Part shown: in pieces, positions 12,425 through 26,423 of the stretch
Layout: every line of letters starts with the position of its first letter
How positions within the stretch are numbered: position 1 is the first letter of the stretch
Assembly: GCA_951406725.2 (NCBI GenBank)
Contig: OX597822.1
Coordinates: 117,118,001 to 117,182,000, forward strand
Source: Octopus vulgaris
Taxonomy: Eukaryota
Length of the DNA: 64,000 nt
Reading direction: 5' to 3'
Notes under the pieces: model-generated
Databases searched by the model: none
The model's input: only the letters and a program-made list of their open reading frames with translations
Told to the model about the DNA's origin: nothing
Program-made: the position numbers and the translations under genes

Positions 12425-13142
12425 GCAGGAGTGGCTGTGTGGTAAGTAGCTTGTTTACCAACCACATGGTTCCAGGTTCAGTCCCACTGCGTGACACCTT
12501 GGGCGAGTGTCTTCTACTATATCCTCAGGTCAACCAATCCTTGTGAGTGGATTTGGTAGACAGAAACTGAAAGAAGCCCTGTTGTATATATCATCATCAT
12601 CATTTAGCGTCTGCTTTCCATGCTAGCATGGGTTGGACAGTTCAACTGGGGTCTGTGAAGCCAGAAGGCAGCATCAGGCCCAGTCTGATCTGGCAGTGTT
12701 TCTACAGCTGGATGCCCTTCCTAACGCCAACCACTCCGTGAGTGTAGTGGGTGCTTTTTACGTGCCACCCGCACAGGTGCCAGACGGAGCTGGCAAAAAG
12801 GCCACGAACGGATGGTGCTTTTACGTGCAACCAGCACGGGGCCAGGCGAGGCTGGCAACGGACACGAATGGATGGTGCTTTTATGCTTTTATGTGCCAGC
12901 GGCACGGAGGCCATATATATATATATATATATGTATATATATGTATATGTTTGTGTGTCTGTCCCACACCATCACTTGACATCCGATGTTGGTGTGTTTA
13001 TGCTCCCCATAACTTAGCAGTTCGGCAAAAGAGACCGATAGAATAAGTACTAAGCTTACAAAGAATATGTCCGGGGGTCGATATGTGCTCCAGCATTGCC
13101 ACAGTCAATTGACTGAAATAAATGAAAGAATAAAAGAATAAA
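12425..13142 (+). mobile_element. SINE family A interrupted at its (TA)n by an antisense family B copy (12590-12912)
   Basis: Head 12425-12588, B insert with three GGTGCTTTT sub-repeats, A body/tail resumes at ~12950. Confidence 0.85.
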
Positions 13143-13653
13143 TATATACACATACATCTTTGTGCATACATACATACATACACACTCACGTATATATATA
13201 TACATGCATGCATGCATACATACATACATCATACATACATACACACATACATACATACATACATACATCATACATACATACATACATACATACATACATA
13301 CACACATACATACATACATACATACATACATACATACATACATACATACATACATACATACATACATACATACATACATACATACATACATACATACATA
13401 CATACATACATACATACATACATACATACATACATACATACATACATACATACATACATACATACATACATACATACATACATACATCATACATACATAC
13501 ACACATACATACATACATACATACATACATACATACATACATACATACACACATACATACATACATACATACATACATACATACATACATACATACATAC
13601 ATACATACATACATACATACATACATACATACATACATACATACATACATACA

Positions 13654-13684
<31 letters not shown>

Positions 13685-14486
13685 GATACATACATACATA
13701 CATACATACATACATACATACACACATACATCCATACATACATTTTTTTTTTTTCACGCTGAGAGTTGCTGAAGCATGGAACAAACTGCCGGCATCAGTT
13801 GTTAGTTGTCAGAGCACTGCATCCTTCAAAACTTCCATGCTTCCTGAGATTCGGCAACACTACACTTGATTTTCTCCCCTCCATACACACACAAGCATGT
13901 ATGCATACATCCATACATTCATATATATGGTACATACATACATACATCCATACATACATACATATGATACATAAATACATACATACATACATACATGTAT
14001 ACATGCATACATACACACATACATACATACATACATACATACATACATTCATACATATATACATACATCCATACATACATACATATGATATATACATACA
14101 TACATATATACATACATACATGCATACATGCATACATGCATACATGCATACATACATACGTACATACATACATACATACATACATACACACATACATACA
14201 TACATAAATACATACATACATATATACATATACATAAGTACATACATACATATATACACACATATATATATACATACATACATACATATATACATACATA
14301 CATACATACATATATACATACATACATACATACATACATACATACATACATACATACATACATACACACATACATACATACATACATACATACATACATA
14401 CATACATACATACATACATACACACATACATACATACATACATACATACATACATACATACATACATACATACATACATACATACA

Positions 14487-14552
<66 letters not shown>

Positions 14553-14614
14553 CATACATACATACATACATACATACATACATACATACATACATACATA
14601 CATACATACATACA

Positions 14615-14674
<60 letters not shown>

Positions 14675-14715
14675 CATACATACATACATATATATATACA
14701 TACATACATACATAT

Positions 14716-14759
<44 letters not shown>

Positions 14760-14836
14760 ATACATACATACATACATACATACATACATACATACATACA
14801 TACATACATACATACATACATACATACATACATACA
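13143..14836. repeat. ~1.7-kb (TACA)n microsatellite, interrupted at 13742-13898
   Basis: Direct tetranucleotide repeat. Confidence 0.98.
13742..13898 (+). mobile_element. CR1-type LINE 3' fragment inside (TACA)n
   Basis: Encodes FTLRVAEAWNKLPASVVSC; reverse complement of ~44735-44885. Confidence 0.8.
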
Positions 14837-15401
14837 AACAGACAGACAAACAGTTCCATAGGTATATATGCATGAAGTTATATATGCATGCACATGTGTT
14901 TGTATACCCTAGATGGCTGTACGTATGGATAAACAATAGAGAGAAAGAAAGTGAGAGAGAGGGAAGGAGAGAGAGAGAGAGGGAAAGAGAGAGAGAGAGA
15001 GAGGGGGAGAGAGAGAGAGAGAGAGAGCTTTAGCAGCTGTTACTTAACAGGATTTGCTAATAATCCCCAGCTAGTGTACCACCGCACTCATACAAACACC
15101 CACATACATGGATACCCTTGTAATTACACCCTCATACACATAGATAGACTCACACCTACACATGTACATAGGTAAGTGTCATCTGGGGGTAGTGTACACA
15201 CACACACCTCCTAACCATGTACACATACAAACACAGATGCACGCTCACAAACATGCACACACACAGACATATGTCACCTGTGGCACGTGGGGATGTGAGG
15301 TGGGGTGTGGGCCTGTGTCAAGTGAACAGAATGGGAGAAAAAGGGCAGGGTGTATGTGACGGTTGGCATGGTATTAACCATGATAGCAATGCACATGGTT
15401 C

Positions 15402-15532
15402 GTAGTAGTAGTAGTAGTAGTAGTAGTAGCAGTAGTGGCAGTGGTGGTGGTTTGGTAGTGGTGGTGGTGGTGGTAGTGGTGGTGGTGGTGGTAGTAGTGA
15501 TGGTTGTAGTAACAGCAGCAGAAGCATCAGCT

Positions 15533-15573
<41 letters not shown>

Positions 15574-15805
15574 GGTGGTGGTGGTGGTGGTAGTGGCAAC
15601 AGCAGCAGAAGCATCAGCTGTAGTAATAGTAGTAGTAATAACAATAGTAGTAGTAGTGGTGGTGGTGGTTGTAGTGTGTGGTGGTAGTAGTATGTAGTGG
15701 TAGTAGTAGTAGTAGTGGTGGTGGTGTTGTTGTTGTTGGTGGTGGTGGTAGTAGTTGCAGTAATAGTTGTAGTAATTGTAGAAGTAATTGTAGTAGTAGT
15801 AGTAG
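15402..15805. repeat. Compound (GTA)n/(GTG)n microsatellite
   Basis: Trinucleotide repeats with a duplicated AACAGCAGCAGAAGCATCAGCT interruption. Confidence 0.95.
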
Positions 15806-15985
15806 CAGAGTTCTTGTTTGTGGTGGTAGCAATTGTACTATTTGCACCCCATCGCCCTTCCCACCTCAGACATCTATGAGGACAATGACAACAACAACAA
15901 CAACAGCAATAGCATAGATATCGACAAAAGGGCAGGGATCCCCAGGTATTACAAGTGAAATTGTTCCTAGCTGGAAACAACTGCT

Positions 15986-16025
<40 letters not shown>

Positions 16026-16212
16026 TGTGTCTGTGTGTCTGTGTGTGTGTGTGTGTGTGTTTGTGCTCGTGTGTGTGTATGTGTGTGTGTGTGTGTGTGT
16101 AAGGGCTTGATTAAGATCCGCAAAGCACTTAAAAGATTTTGGCACCCCCATATATATATTTAATTCAAAATATTAGCAATTATAAACCATAAAATAAAGT
16201 TTTATTGTTTAA

Positions 16213-16433
16213 CCCTTTAGCATTTAAACCGGCCATATCCGGCCAAAAGTATTCTGCCTGTTTTATGTTCAAACTGGCCAGATCTGGTCTCTCACACCAA
16301 CCCTACAATATCGTTTTAAAAATTAACAGCTACCTCATCAAAATTTCATAGCTACAAGATAATGCCTGATTAGTTCAAGGCAATGTGGATAAAAAAGGAT
16401 TAATTTTGGCAGAATAATGTGAACACTAAAGGG
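16213..16433. mobile_element. piggyBac-like MITE
   Basis: TTAA|CCCTTTAG...CTAAAGGG|TTAA: CCC-starting TIRs and TTAA target duplication. Confidence 0.85.
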
Positions 16434-17189
16434 TTAAAATGCAACAAGATAGGAAATAATGTTTATTTTTGCATAATTGCACTTAATTTACATTTGAAAA
16501 GCTTTTTTTCTACTTTTTTGAATTGCAAAGTCTTTGATCAGATCCTCAAAATCAATCTTTGGTAACACATCTGCTTCTATACTCAGTAGAGATAAAGGCA
16601 TCCCGAATGTTATTTTAGCAAGTTTAAAACGATTTCTTTTGTGCCATAAACCATTTACTGTTTCTGTGGCACCCTCCCCACTTCCCTAGATGCCCTAAGC
16701 ATAAGTGTATTTGGCATGTGTATGTATGTGTGTGTGTGTGTGTGTGTGTGCACTCCTCCACAATCTACACCTTTTCTCTCTTTTACTCTTAATTCAGTTT
16801 CTCTCTCTCACTCTCCTCCTCTCTCACTTTCTCTCTTTCTCTTTCTCTCTCTCTCTCACCCTCTAAAAAAGGAAACTGGATTTTCAAGCTTGTGGTTTGG
16901 GTTTTTGTCCCACTGCACAGCCCTTTGGGTTGAGCAAGAGTTTTCTACTATAGTCCCAGACTTACCAATGCTTGTGTGAGTGGGGGTGGGGTAATTTAGT
17001 AGACAGAAACTGTGTGGAAGCCTCTTCTCCATTTTCCTTGATTTTAATTGTAGAAGCTCTGTAGATATTTGTGCATTTTCAGGTAGGTGTTTGATATAAC
17101 AAACAATCTTCAGATCACCATCTGTCTGATAGCCTGGATCTGTAGATGAAGATTAATAGGGTAAACTATATATATATATATATATATAT

Positions 17190-17975
<786 letters not shown>

Positions 17976-18297
17976 GTGTGGCTGATTCCTTTCAAGAAAT
18001 ATGTTAACCTTTGTTGTATAAGCTCATAAAACCCTGATGAGATTCTGCCCCACATAGTTGAAAATGATGACCAATTCTTAACATATGATTCTACCCAAAA
18101 TGCTTAGAGTTATGAATCACCTAGGGGCATGAATCAAAATATATAGGTAGGTCTTTGGCATCTACCATTTCTGTTTTTGAGATTTGTAATTTATAATTCA
18201 TTTGTATTGCTTTTATAAAAACCTTTCAACCTCATAAAATAAAATAAATTAATTATACATCCATAATTCTCCATTTTCTTTCTTCTGTTTTTAACAA

Positions 18298-18598
18298 TAT
18301 ATATACATATACAAACATACATACATACACACATACATACAGTCATACATACATACATACAAACATACATACATACACACATACAAACACACATACATAC
18401 ATACATACATACATACACACATACAAACATACATACATACATACATACATACATACACACATACATACAAACATACATACATACATACATATATCATACA
18501 TACATACATACATACATACATACATACATACATACATACATACGTACATGCATACATACATACATACATACATACGTACATACATACATACATATATA
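18298..18598. repeat. (TACA)n microsatellite
   Basis: Direct repeat. Confidence 0.95.
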
Positions 18599-18640
18599 TT
18601 GTTTCATATATATATTTATATTTTTATGATTATACTTCAT

Positions 18641-18770
18641 AATCTCTGATGAGGCCTAGAGATATATATATAAGTACCTCATTTTCAACTGCCTATCACC
18701 TCAGTACTCTTGACTAATATAGGCAGAATGAGATACTTTTATCTATGGGTTGAGAGAGCTGTAAGTGATT
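18641..18770 (+). ncRNA. Degenerate hammerhead-like motif with extended stem II
   Basis: AAUCU-CUGAUGA-long hairpin (CUGCCUAU/AUAGGCAG, CUCAUU/AAUGAG)-GAGAG (GAAAC mutated)-AGCU-GUA|AGUGAUU; same AGCUGUA end as the motif at 43936-43986. Confidence 0.4.
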
Positions 18771-18939
18771 TTAATAATTTATATTCATGTTTTTTAATAA
18801 ATGCTTGTATTCTTATCTTATATGCATAGAATAATATACTATATGTATGTATGTTGTTATGGTTATCGTTTTGATAAATAAGTAAGCCAACATTTTAATA
18901 TCCTAAAGTTGATGAACCAACTAATGTGCTTCTCCATTT

Positions 18940-19530
18940 TCTACCTCGATTTATGAGCTAATTTGTTCCTGGAGACTGCTTTAAAGTGAAAACTTCTAAA
19001 GCAGACCAATATTTTCACATAGTAGCAATGTTATAAATCACAATTCATTCCCAGACAAATATTTCATCTATAAAATTTATAATACTCATAAATAAATGGC
19101 AATAAGACAACAGTAGAATGTAAAGAATGTTTTATGTAAAGTAAAAATAATGTCAAGATTGTTTGTAATAAAAAAATATTATCATTATAATCATTTTCAC
19201 TTGCACTAGACTCAGGCACACCACTACATGGAGACATGATTGCCGATTCACAAGCACTCGTAGACAGACTTGTAGATTTCTTTTGAAAAATCAAGTCTAA
19301 AGTTGTTTGCTTAGAAGAAGCTTTTTTTTCGCTCTCTATAATTTTCTTGGTAACACACAGAAGCATTTGTTATGGTTGTAGAAACTTTTGCTAAAATTGT
19401 TATGGTATTGCAAAAAAATATTGGTATGTTTTGCACTTCATTCAAAATTTAGATCTTGTGTTTGAAAAATAAAACTCTTAAACCCAAGGTCTTGTAAAGC
19501 GGGTCCTTTGTAAAGGGAGGTATTACTGTA
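18940..19530 (-). mobile_element. Tigger/pogo-like DNA transposon remnant
   Basis: End GAGGTATTACTG|TA vs TACCTC at the other end; minus ORF contains KKASSKQTTLDLIF, resembling a Tigger-type C-terminus. Confidence 0.5.
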
Positions 19531-19548
19531 TATATATATATATATATA

Positions 19549-19850
19549 TCACGTGATCACGTGACCGACCAGACCATCAGATGTTTTACACATCGCTGGT
19601 CACAATGCGTTCGCATTGTTTTAGCCTTCAAATGACGCCACACTGCTGGCTAAGCGAGCAGGCCAACAGAAGAGTGAGAGAAAGAATGGTGAAAGAGTAC
19701 AGCAGGGATCACCACCCCCTGCCGGAGCATCGCGGAGCTTTTTTAGGTGTTTTCGCTCAATAAACACTCACAACGCCCGGTCTGGGAATCAAAACCGCGA
19801 TCCTACGACCGCGAGTCCGCTGCCCTAATCACTAGGCCATTGAGCCTCCA
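19549..19850 (-). mobile_element. SINE family C, tail type 2
   Basis: Same head as 9466; tail ends GGTCACGTGATCACGTGA; inserted in (TA)n. Confidence 0.85.
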
Positions 19851-19851
19851 C

Positions 19852-19890
<39 letters not shown>

Positions 19891-19892
19891 CA

Positions 19893-19941
<49 letters not shown>

Positions 19942-19946
19942 GTGCA

Positions 19947-19989
<43 letters not shown>

Positions 19990-20520
19990 GGTGAGATGGG
20001 TAAATTGTTGCCATTTCATATTTTTTTTTATTTTGTGCATGTGCATTGTTTGTATATATGTATATATATACACACACACAAATATATATATGCATGTATT
20101 TATATTTGTATGTACATGCATACATACATATGTGTATGTGTGTGTGTGTGTGTGTGCGCATGTGTATGTCTTTGTATTTATTCCACCAGCACTGCTTGGC
20201 AACTGATGTTGGTTTGTTTATGGCCTTATACCTTAAGCAGTTTGACAAAAGAGACTGGTAGAATAAGTACAAGACTTAAAATATAAGCACTGGTGTTGCT
20301 TTGTTTGACTAAATTCTTCAAGGTGATACTCTAGCATGGCCACAGACCAGTGACTGAAATAAGTAAAAGATAAAAGAAGATAGTGACACTTCAGACAGTA
20401 TTGACAACCCTGATAATTTTTCTGGTTTTGGGGAGATACTGAAGAAATTAATTTTTATTCTGAACCCTCCAAGAGTTGTTTGTTGTTGATATAAGAATAT
20501 TCTTTCCATTTAAACAAAAC

Positions 20521-20919
20521 AGGACAGATGTAAAGAATGTGGACTGCACTCACATTCTCTTTTTTTGTTTTTACAGAATCCTCCCCCCCCCCATTTTCGA
20601 GTAGGGAAATTCTGATTCAGCAAAAAAAAAAAGGCATTTAAAAATTTTCGCCCCCCCTCCCCACCTCCACCCTACAATTCTTCAATTTTCACTTTTATCA
20701 AGATTTTTTTTTGTGAAATATGTATTTTGCAAAAAAAAAAAAAAAAATTTCTGAAAAAAGTGAAAATTGAAGAATTTGGGGTGGCAGGGAATTAAAATTT
20801 TAAAATGCCTTTTTTTTTTTGCAGAATCAGAATTTCCATACTCGAAAATGAGGGATTCTGTAAAAAGAAAGAAAAAAAAATGAAAGGGGGGTGCAGTCCA
20901 CATTCTTTACGTCAGCCCC
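20521..20919. mobile_element. MITE with ~120-bp terminal inverted repeats
   Basis: GTAAAGAATGTGGACTGCAC...GTGCAGTCCACATTCTTTAC; possible AAAAC target duplication. Confidence 0.8.
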
Positions 20920-21222
20920 AAAACAGTCAAATTTGATAAGTTTCTTGGTTGGTGGTGGCGGGAGGGGTGCATTCCCCCCTATCCTGCCTCTGAAATCATC
21001 CTTGTCGTAGTGTAGTTACAGTAGTACAGTGGGTATATAATGGTAGGTGTAAACTCCAAGAATAAACTTACCATACCATGTCTCTGTACTGATGGTCCCA
21101 CAAAACAAATTGGTAAGGTGGGTAAATGTTGCCTTTTGTTAGTTTTAGATATGAGTGTGGGGTCAAAATGGGAGACAGTCATGGCTAGCCAACGTAAGGG
21201 ATAGCACAAATAAGTGTCAGAC

Positions 21223-21534
21223 CAGTGGTTCCCAAAGTGGGTGGTAATGCCCCCTGGGGGCGGTGGAAAGACTCAGGAGGGCGTTGAAGAAAAGTGGGGA
21301 TAATGGGGTGGCCGAAATGAGGTAATGGATGTAAAAATACTCCCCCCCCCCAAAATGAGTTTATTTATGTTAACTTTTAATTGTGAAATACAGTTGCTTT
21401 GAATTTGCTGTAGAACATGGTCTATGTTTGTGGTGGTGAGTTTAGTGGGTGGGTGGGTGGGTGGTGGTGATGGGGCTAGGGATGTGGCCTGGGTGCCCAG
21501 GGGGTAGCAACCTGGAATGGTTTGGGAACCACTA
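21223..21534. mobile_element. hAT-type MITE
   Basis: CAGTGGTTCCCAAA...TTTGGGAACCACTA with 8-bp TSD TGTCAGAC/TGTTAGAC. Confidence 0.85.
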
Positions 21535-21737
21535 TGTTAGACGAACAGCCAAAATAAATGCTAGGAAGATTTTAAGTGGTGTGCTGGAGGGTTCTGTGAT
21601 GTTCTTTTTTCCCGTTGCATCTGCAAAGATAACAAGATCCGAAGTGCCGGGTCCTTATTTTTATGTTTATTATTTTTTTCAAATATTTGGTTGTCAAAAT
21701 TAGGGTGTGTCTTTGACGGGAAATACTGTATATAATT

Positions 21738-22145
21738 AGGTGTAGGAGTGGCTGTGTGGTAAGTAGCTTGCTTATCAACCACATGGTTCTGGGTTCAGTC
21801 CCACTGCATGGCACCTTGGGCAAGTGTCTTCTACTATAGCCTCGGGCTGACCAAAGCCTTGTGAGTGGATTTGGTAGATGGAAACTGAAAGAAGCCCATC
21901 GTATATTTGTATGTATATGTATATGTGTGTGTGTGTTTGTGTGTCTGTATTTGTTCCCCAACATCGCTTGACAACCGATGCTGGTGTGTTTACGTCCCCA
22001 TAACTTAGCGGTTTGGCAAAAGAGACTGATAGAATAAGTACTATGTTTACAAAGAATAAATCCTGGGGTCGATGTGCTCAACTAAAGGCGGTGCTCCAGC
22101 ATGGTCACAGTCAAAATGACTGAAACAAGTAAAAGAGTAAAGAGT
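21738..22145 (+). mobile_element. Full-length SINE family A
   Basis: A box TGGCTGTGTGG, B box GGTTCAGTCCC, CCTTGGGCAAGTG, internal (TA)/(TG)n, (GTAAAAGA)n tail. Confidence 0.9.
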
Positions 22146-22207
22146 ATACATACATTTATACATATACACACACACACACACATATATGTGTGTGTATATA
22201 TATACAA

Positions 22208-22252
<45 letters not shown>

Positions 22253-23001
22253 ATATATATATATATATACATATGTATATATATACATATGTATATATAT
22301 ACATACACACACATTCAGTGTGTACGACCTTTTGAATTTTGTTGTTTTTGCTTTTATTTTTATTTTCGATTTGTATATATATATGTGTGTGTGTATGTGT
22401 GTGTGTATACATGTACACACACACACACACACACCTATGCATATATCATTATCATTGTTTAACGTCTGCCTTTTGTGCCTGGAAAACCTGCCACAGGACC
22501 AGCCACTCAACCTACTAGAAATAGCAGCCACATTTACATCAAATCTCACTGTTCCTCTGTTCCTTTTTATTACTTATGCCACCGTGTTGACATCTGACAC
22601 CTGGAAACTTCTACAAACAACTTCTGCGCTTGAATTAATTTTCATAAGGGCACACAAAGGCTGTGTCTCCGCTGTCTTCCTTTGGCTATTTTCTTTTATA
22701 TAACAAACCATTACAGGCCTGCTCAAAGGGGCTGTTGCACTTGGGTTAAATAACAATGACAACATAAGTAGGATCTATTGGTTGAGGAAAGTTAGGATTT
22801 GCTGTATGTGGAATGAATTTGGTCAAGACCCAGCCCTGTCATGCCTAACCCATGGATAAGCAATAACAACAATAATGTTAACTTTCTCAATGAGGAAAGA
22901 TTGTATAAATATACATATGTATGTATGTTTGTATGTAAGTTTGCAGGTACGTATGCTTGTATGTATGTACGTATGTAGGTATGTATGTATGTATATACAT
23001 A

Positions 23002-23069
<68 letters not shown>

Positions 23070-23280
23070 CATACATATATATATATGTATATATATATAT
23101 GTATGTATATACATATATATGTATATAAGAAACAGGTTGCTTGACCGCATACCGAAAAAATAGAAATAGCAGTCAAGAATGCTTATTTCTATCAAAGTGG
23201 GACTCCGGGCACGACAAACCCTGTAATTCACATATGCAAAACAGAAGGAATAGATATTGAAAACGAAGTCTGGTGGTTAT

Positions 23281-23393
23281 CTGTGAACATCATGTTTCTG
23301 GATTATAAACATATTGAATATATATTTCATATATATTTTTGATATATATTTCATATACATTGCATATATATTTCACATCCTTCTTCAGCACAG
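23281..23393 (-). ncRNA. Type I hammerhead ribozyme motif (left arm)
   Basis: Reverse complement of 23531-23643. Confidence 0.7.
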
Positions 23394-23530
23394 CTTTCCA
23401 TTGAAATAGATTTATCATATGTAGGTTTAACTTTTGCTCGCTTTCTTCAAATATTTTGATGTCGCATGGTCAGAAGGTTTGAGGTATGTAGCATTTGATA
23501 AATCTATGATAAATCTATTTCAATGGAAAG

Positions 23531-23643
23531 CTGTGCTGAAGAAGGATGTGAAATATATATGCAATGTATATGAAATATATATCAAAAATATATATGAAAT
23601 ATATATTCAATATGTTTATAATCCAGAAACATGATGTTCACAG
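23531..23643 (+). ncRNA. Type I hammerhead ribozyme motif (right arm)
   Basis: CUGUG-CUGAAGA-A-GGAU[~73-nt AU-rich insert]AUCC-A-GAAACAUGAUGUU|CACAG; stem I CUGUG/CACAG; predicted cleavage after 23638. Confidence 0.7.
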
Positions 23644-24526
23644 ATAACCACCAGACTTCGTTTTCAATATCTATTCCTTCTGTTTTGCATATGTGAATTA
23701 CAGAGTTTGTCGTGCCCGGAGTCCCACTTTGATAGAAATAAGCATTCTTGACTGCTATTTCTATTTTTTCGGTATGCGGTCAAGCAACCTGTTGCCTGTC
23801 CCTTTTTCTTATATACAATATATATACTGAACTTTACAGAAGTTCCTGCCGGTAATCGGTTATATTTACATACCGAATTCTACCAGTAAATAATTGTGGT
23901 TTTTTTAAAAGCCTTTATAGAAATTATTTACTCTTATTATTATATATATGTATATATATATATGTATCAAACTAAAATCATTGGACAAGCAAATACAGAG
24001 TCAACCGCATGTCATTTCATAATTCGAACATTTAATTATAGAATAAACATATAATCCGCAAGATGGAACAAAATTCATATGTACAGCACGTAATAATAAT
24101 AATATAATATTAATATGGTATGGTTCGAGAAAAATTCTTGTTAAAACTTAGAATTAATATTCAAGCGATTCAAAGAGAATACATTTATAAGGACATAGAA
24201 AGTAAAATATAATATAAGTAATATATAAAAATATATAGGTATATAAAAATATAGGCATATAAAAATATATAAAACATATATAAATATATATATATACATA
24301 TATATAGGAGCATATAAAAATATAACATATATATATATATCGTGTAAATAAAGTAAAATAATGTTCATCGTTTAGAAATCTTAATCGGTAAAATAAGCCT
24401 TATATATAAGAAGGAAATCATGTTTACTTATCCCTATGGCCATTTCAGGGGTGTATTATGGTTAAAGCACTAGGGTGCATTTCGATAATACCTCCTTCGT
24501 CAGGGGAAAAAACATATATATAAACG

Positions 24527-25050
24527 CAAAGATAGCCATCATGCACCAGGCCCGTACGGTGTTGTTTGCTTTCCCACTTTGGTATTCATGCACGGATAAC
24601 CCAAAGGACAAAGCAGTGAAGAATTTTTTTCTTTTTAAAGCAGTAGAGGAAGCGGTAAAAAAAATTTAAAAAAAAAAAAAAAAAATTTTCAAATCAAATT
24701 AATTCCAATGAATTAAAATTGAACTAAATTGACTTAAAAAGAGCCTCCGTGGTTTCAAATCCTGCAAAACTTAAATACTTTTATTTTTCAATTTATTTAC
24801 TTTCTATATACTCAAAAAGAATGGGTTTCCTTAACTAAATTAAACTGACTTAACTGGGTTAAAATTAAATTAAATTATATATATATATGTATGTATATAC
24901 ATATATATATATGTATATATATATATATATGTATGTATATATATATATACATGTATATATATGTGTATATATATATATATGTATATATATATGTTGTTGT
25001 TGGCATCCATTTTGTCTCGGGAGACAACGGAGTATATATATATATATATG

Positions 25051-25099
<49 letters not shown>

Positions 25100-25644
25100 C
25101 AATGGCTCAGTGGTTAGGGCAGCGGACTCATGGTCATAGGATTGCGGTTTCAATTCCCAGACCGGGCGTTGTGAGTTTTTATTGAGCGAAAACACCCAAA
25201 GCTCCACGAGGCTCCTGCAGGGTGGGGGCGATCCCTGCTGTACTCTTTCACCGCAACATTCTCTCACTCTTTCTTCTGTTGGCCTGCTCGCTTAGCCTGC
25301 AGGGTGACATCATTTGAAGGCTAAAACAATGCAAAGCGTATTGTGACCAGCGGTGTGTAGCAATATCTGATAGCCTGGTCAGTTACGGTGATCACGGTGA
25401 TATATATATATATATATAATTAATCAATATAGGGTGGCAAAAAAAATTTTGTAGAATTCTTTTTGCCACCAGCGGCCTAGTAGGAAAAAATTAAAATAGT
25501 CATAGACCATTTTTAAGTTCAACATCAACAATAAAGGAACGGCCATAATAGGCCATTCACCCACTAGAAATAACATCCAAAGCTTCAACCGCAAATAAAA
25601 GTTAATTCAGTAAACCAGGAGAAAATTTAAAAAACATTTACCCT

Positions 25645-25687
<43 letters not shown>

Positions 25688-26227
25688 CACACACACCCAC
25701 ACACACTCACAAATATAAGCACATGTGAGTATGTGCAGTGTGGTTGGTGTTAGGAAGGACATTCAGCTGTAAAAACCCTGTCAGCTTCTGTGAACTGTTC
25801 TACCCATGCATGGAAGACGGACATTAAATGACGACGATGATGATATATATGTATATATACAAAGATAGCCATCATGCACCAGGCCCGTACGGTGTTGTTT
25901 GCTTTCCCACTTTGGTATTCATGCACGGATAACCCAAAGGACAAAGCAGTGAAGAATTTTTTTCTTTTTAAAGCAGTAGAGGAAGCGGTAAAAAAAAATT
26001 TAAAAAAAAAAAAAAAAAATTTTCAAATCAAATTAATTCCAATGAATTAAAATTGAACTAAATTGACTTAAAAAGAGCCTCCGTGGTTTCAAATCCTGCA
26101 AAACTTAAATACTTTTATTTTTCAATTTATTTACTTTCTATATACTCAAAAAGAATGGGTTTCCTTAACTAAATTAAACTGACTTAACTGGGTTAAAATT
26201 AAATTAAATTATATATATATATGTATG

Positions 26228-26270
<43 letters not shown>

Positions 26271-26380
26271 ATATATATATACATGTATATATATGTGTAT
26301 ATATATATATATGTATATATATATGTTGTTGTTGGCATCCATTTTGTCTCGGGAGACAACGGAGTATATATATATATATG

Positions 26381-26423
<43 letters not shown>

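Larger units (their letters stand above)
23131..23793. repeat. Near-perfect long inverted repeat (arms 23131-23419 and 23505-23793, 85-bp spacer)
   Basis: Arms are reverse complements with about one mismatch seen (AAACCCTGT vs ACAGAGTTT). Confidence 0.97.

Noticed and set aside
13056-15033. HTYI / MYVC repeat ORFs and similar YI, poly-T, poly-Y and poly-V ORFs elsewhere
   Set aside because: Translations of (TACA)n, (TA)n and (CTA)n microsatellites
18030-18070. CTGATGA...GAAA as a hammerhead (also ~57975)
   Set aside because: No stem II or stem I pairing and no suitable cleavage triplet
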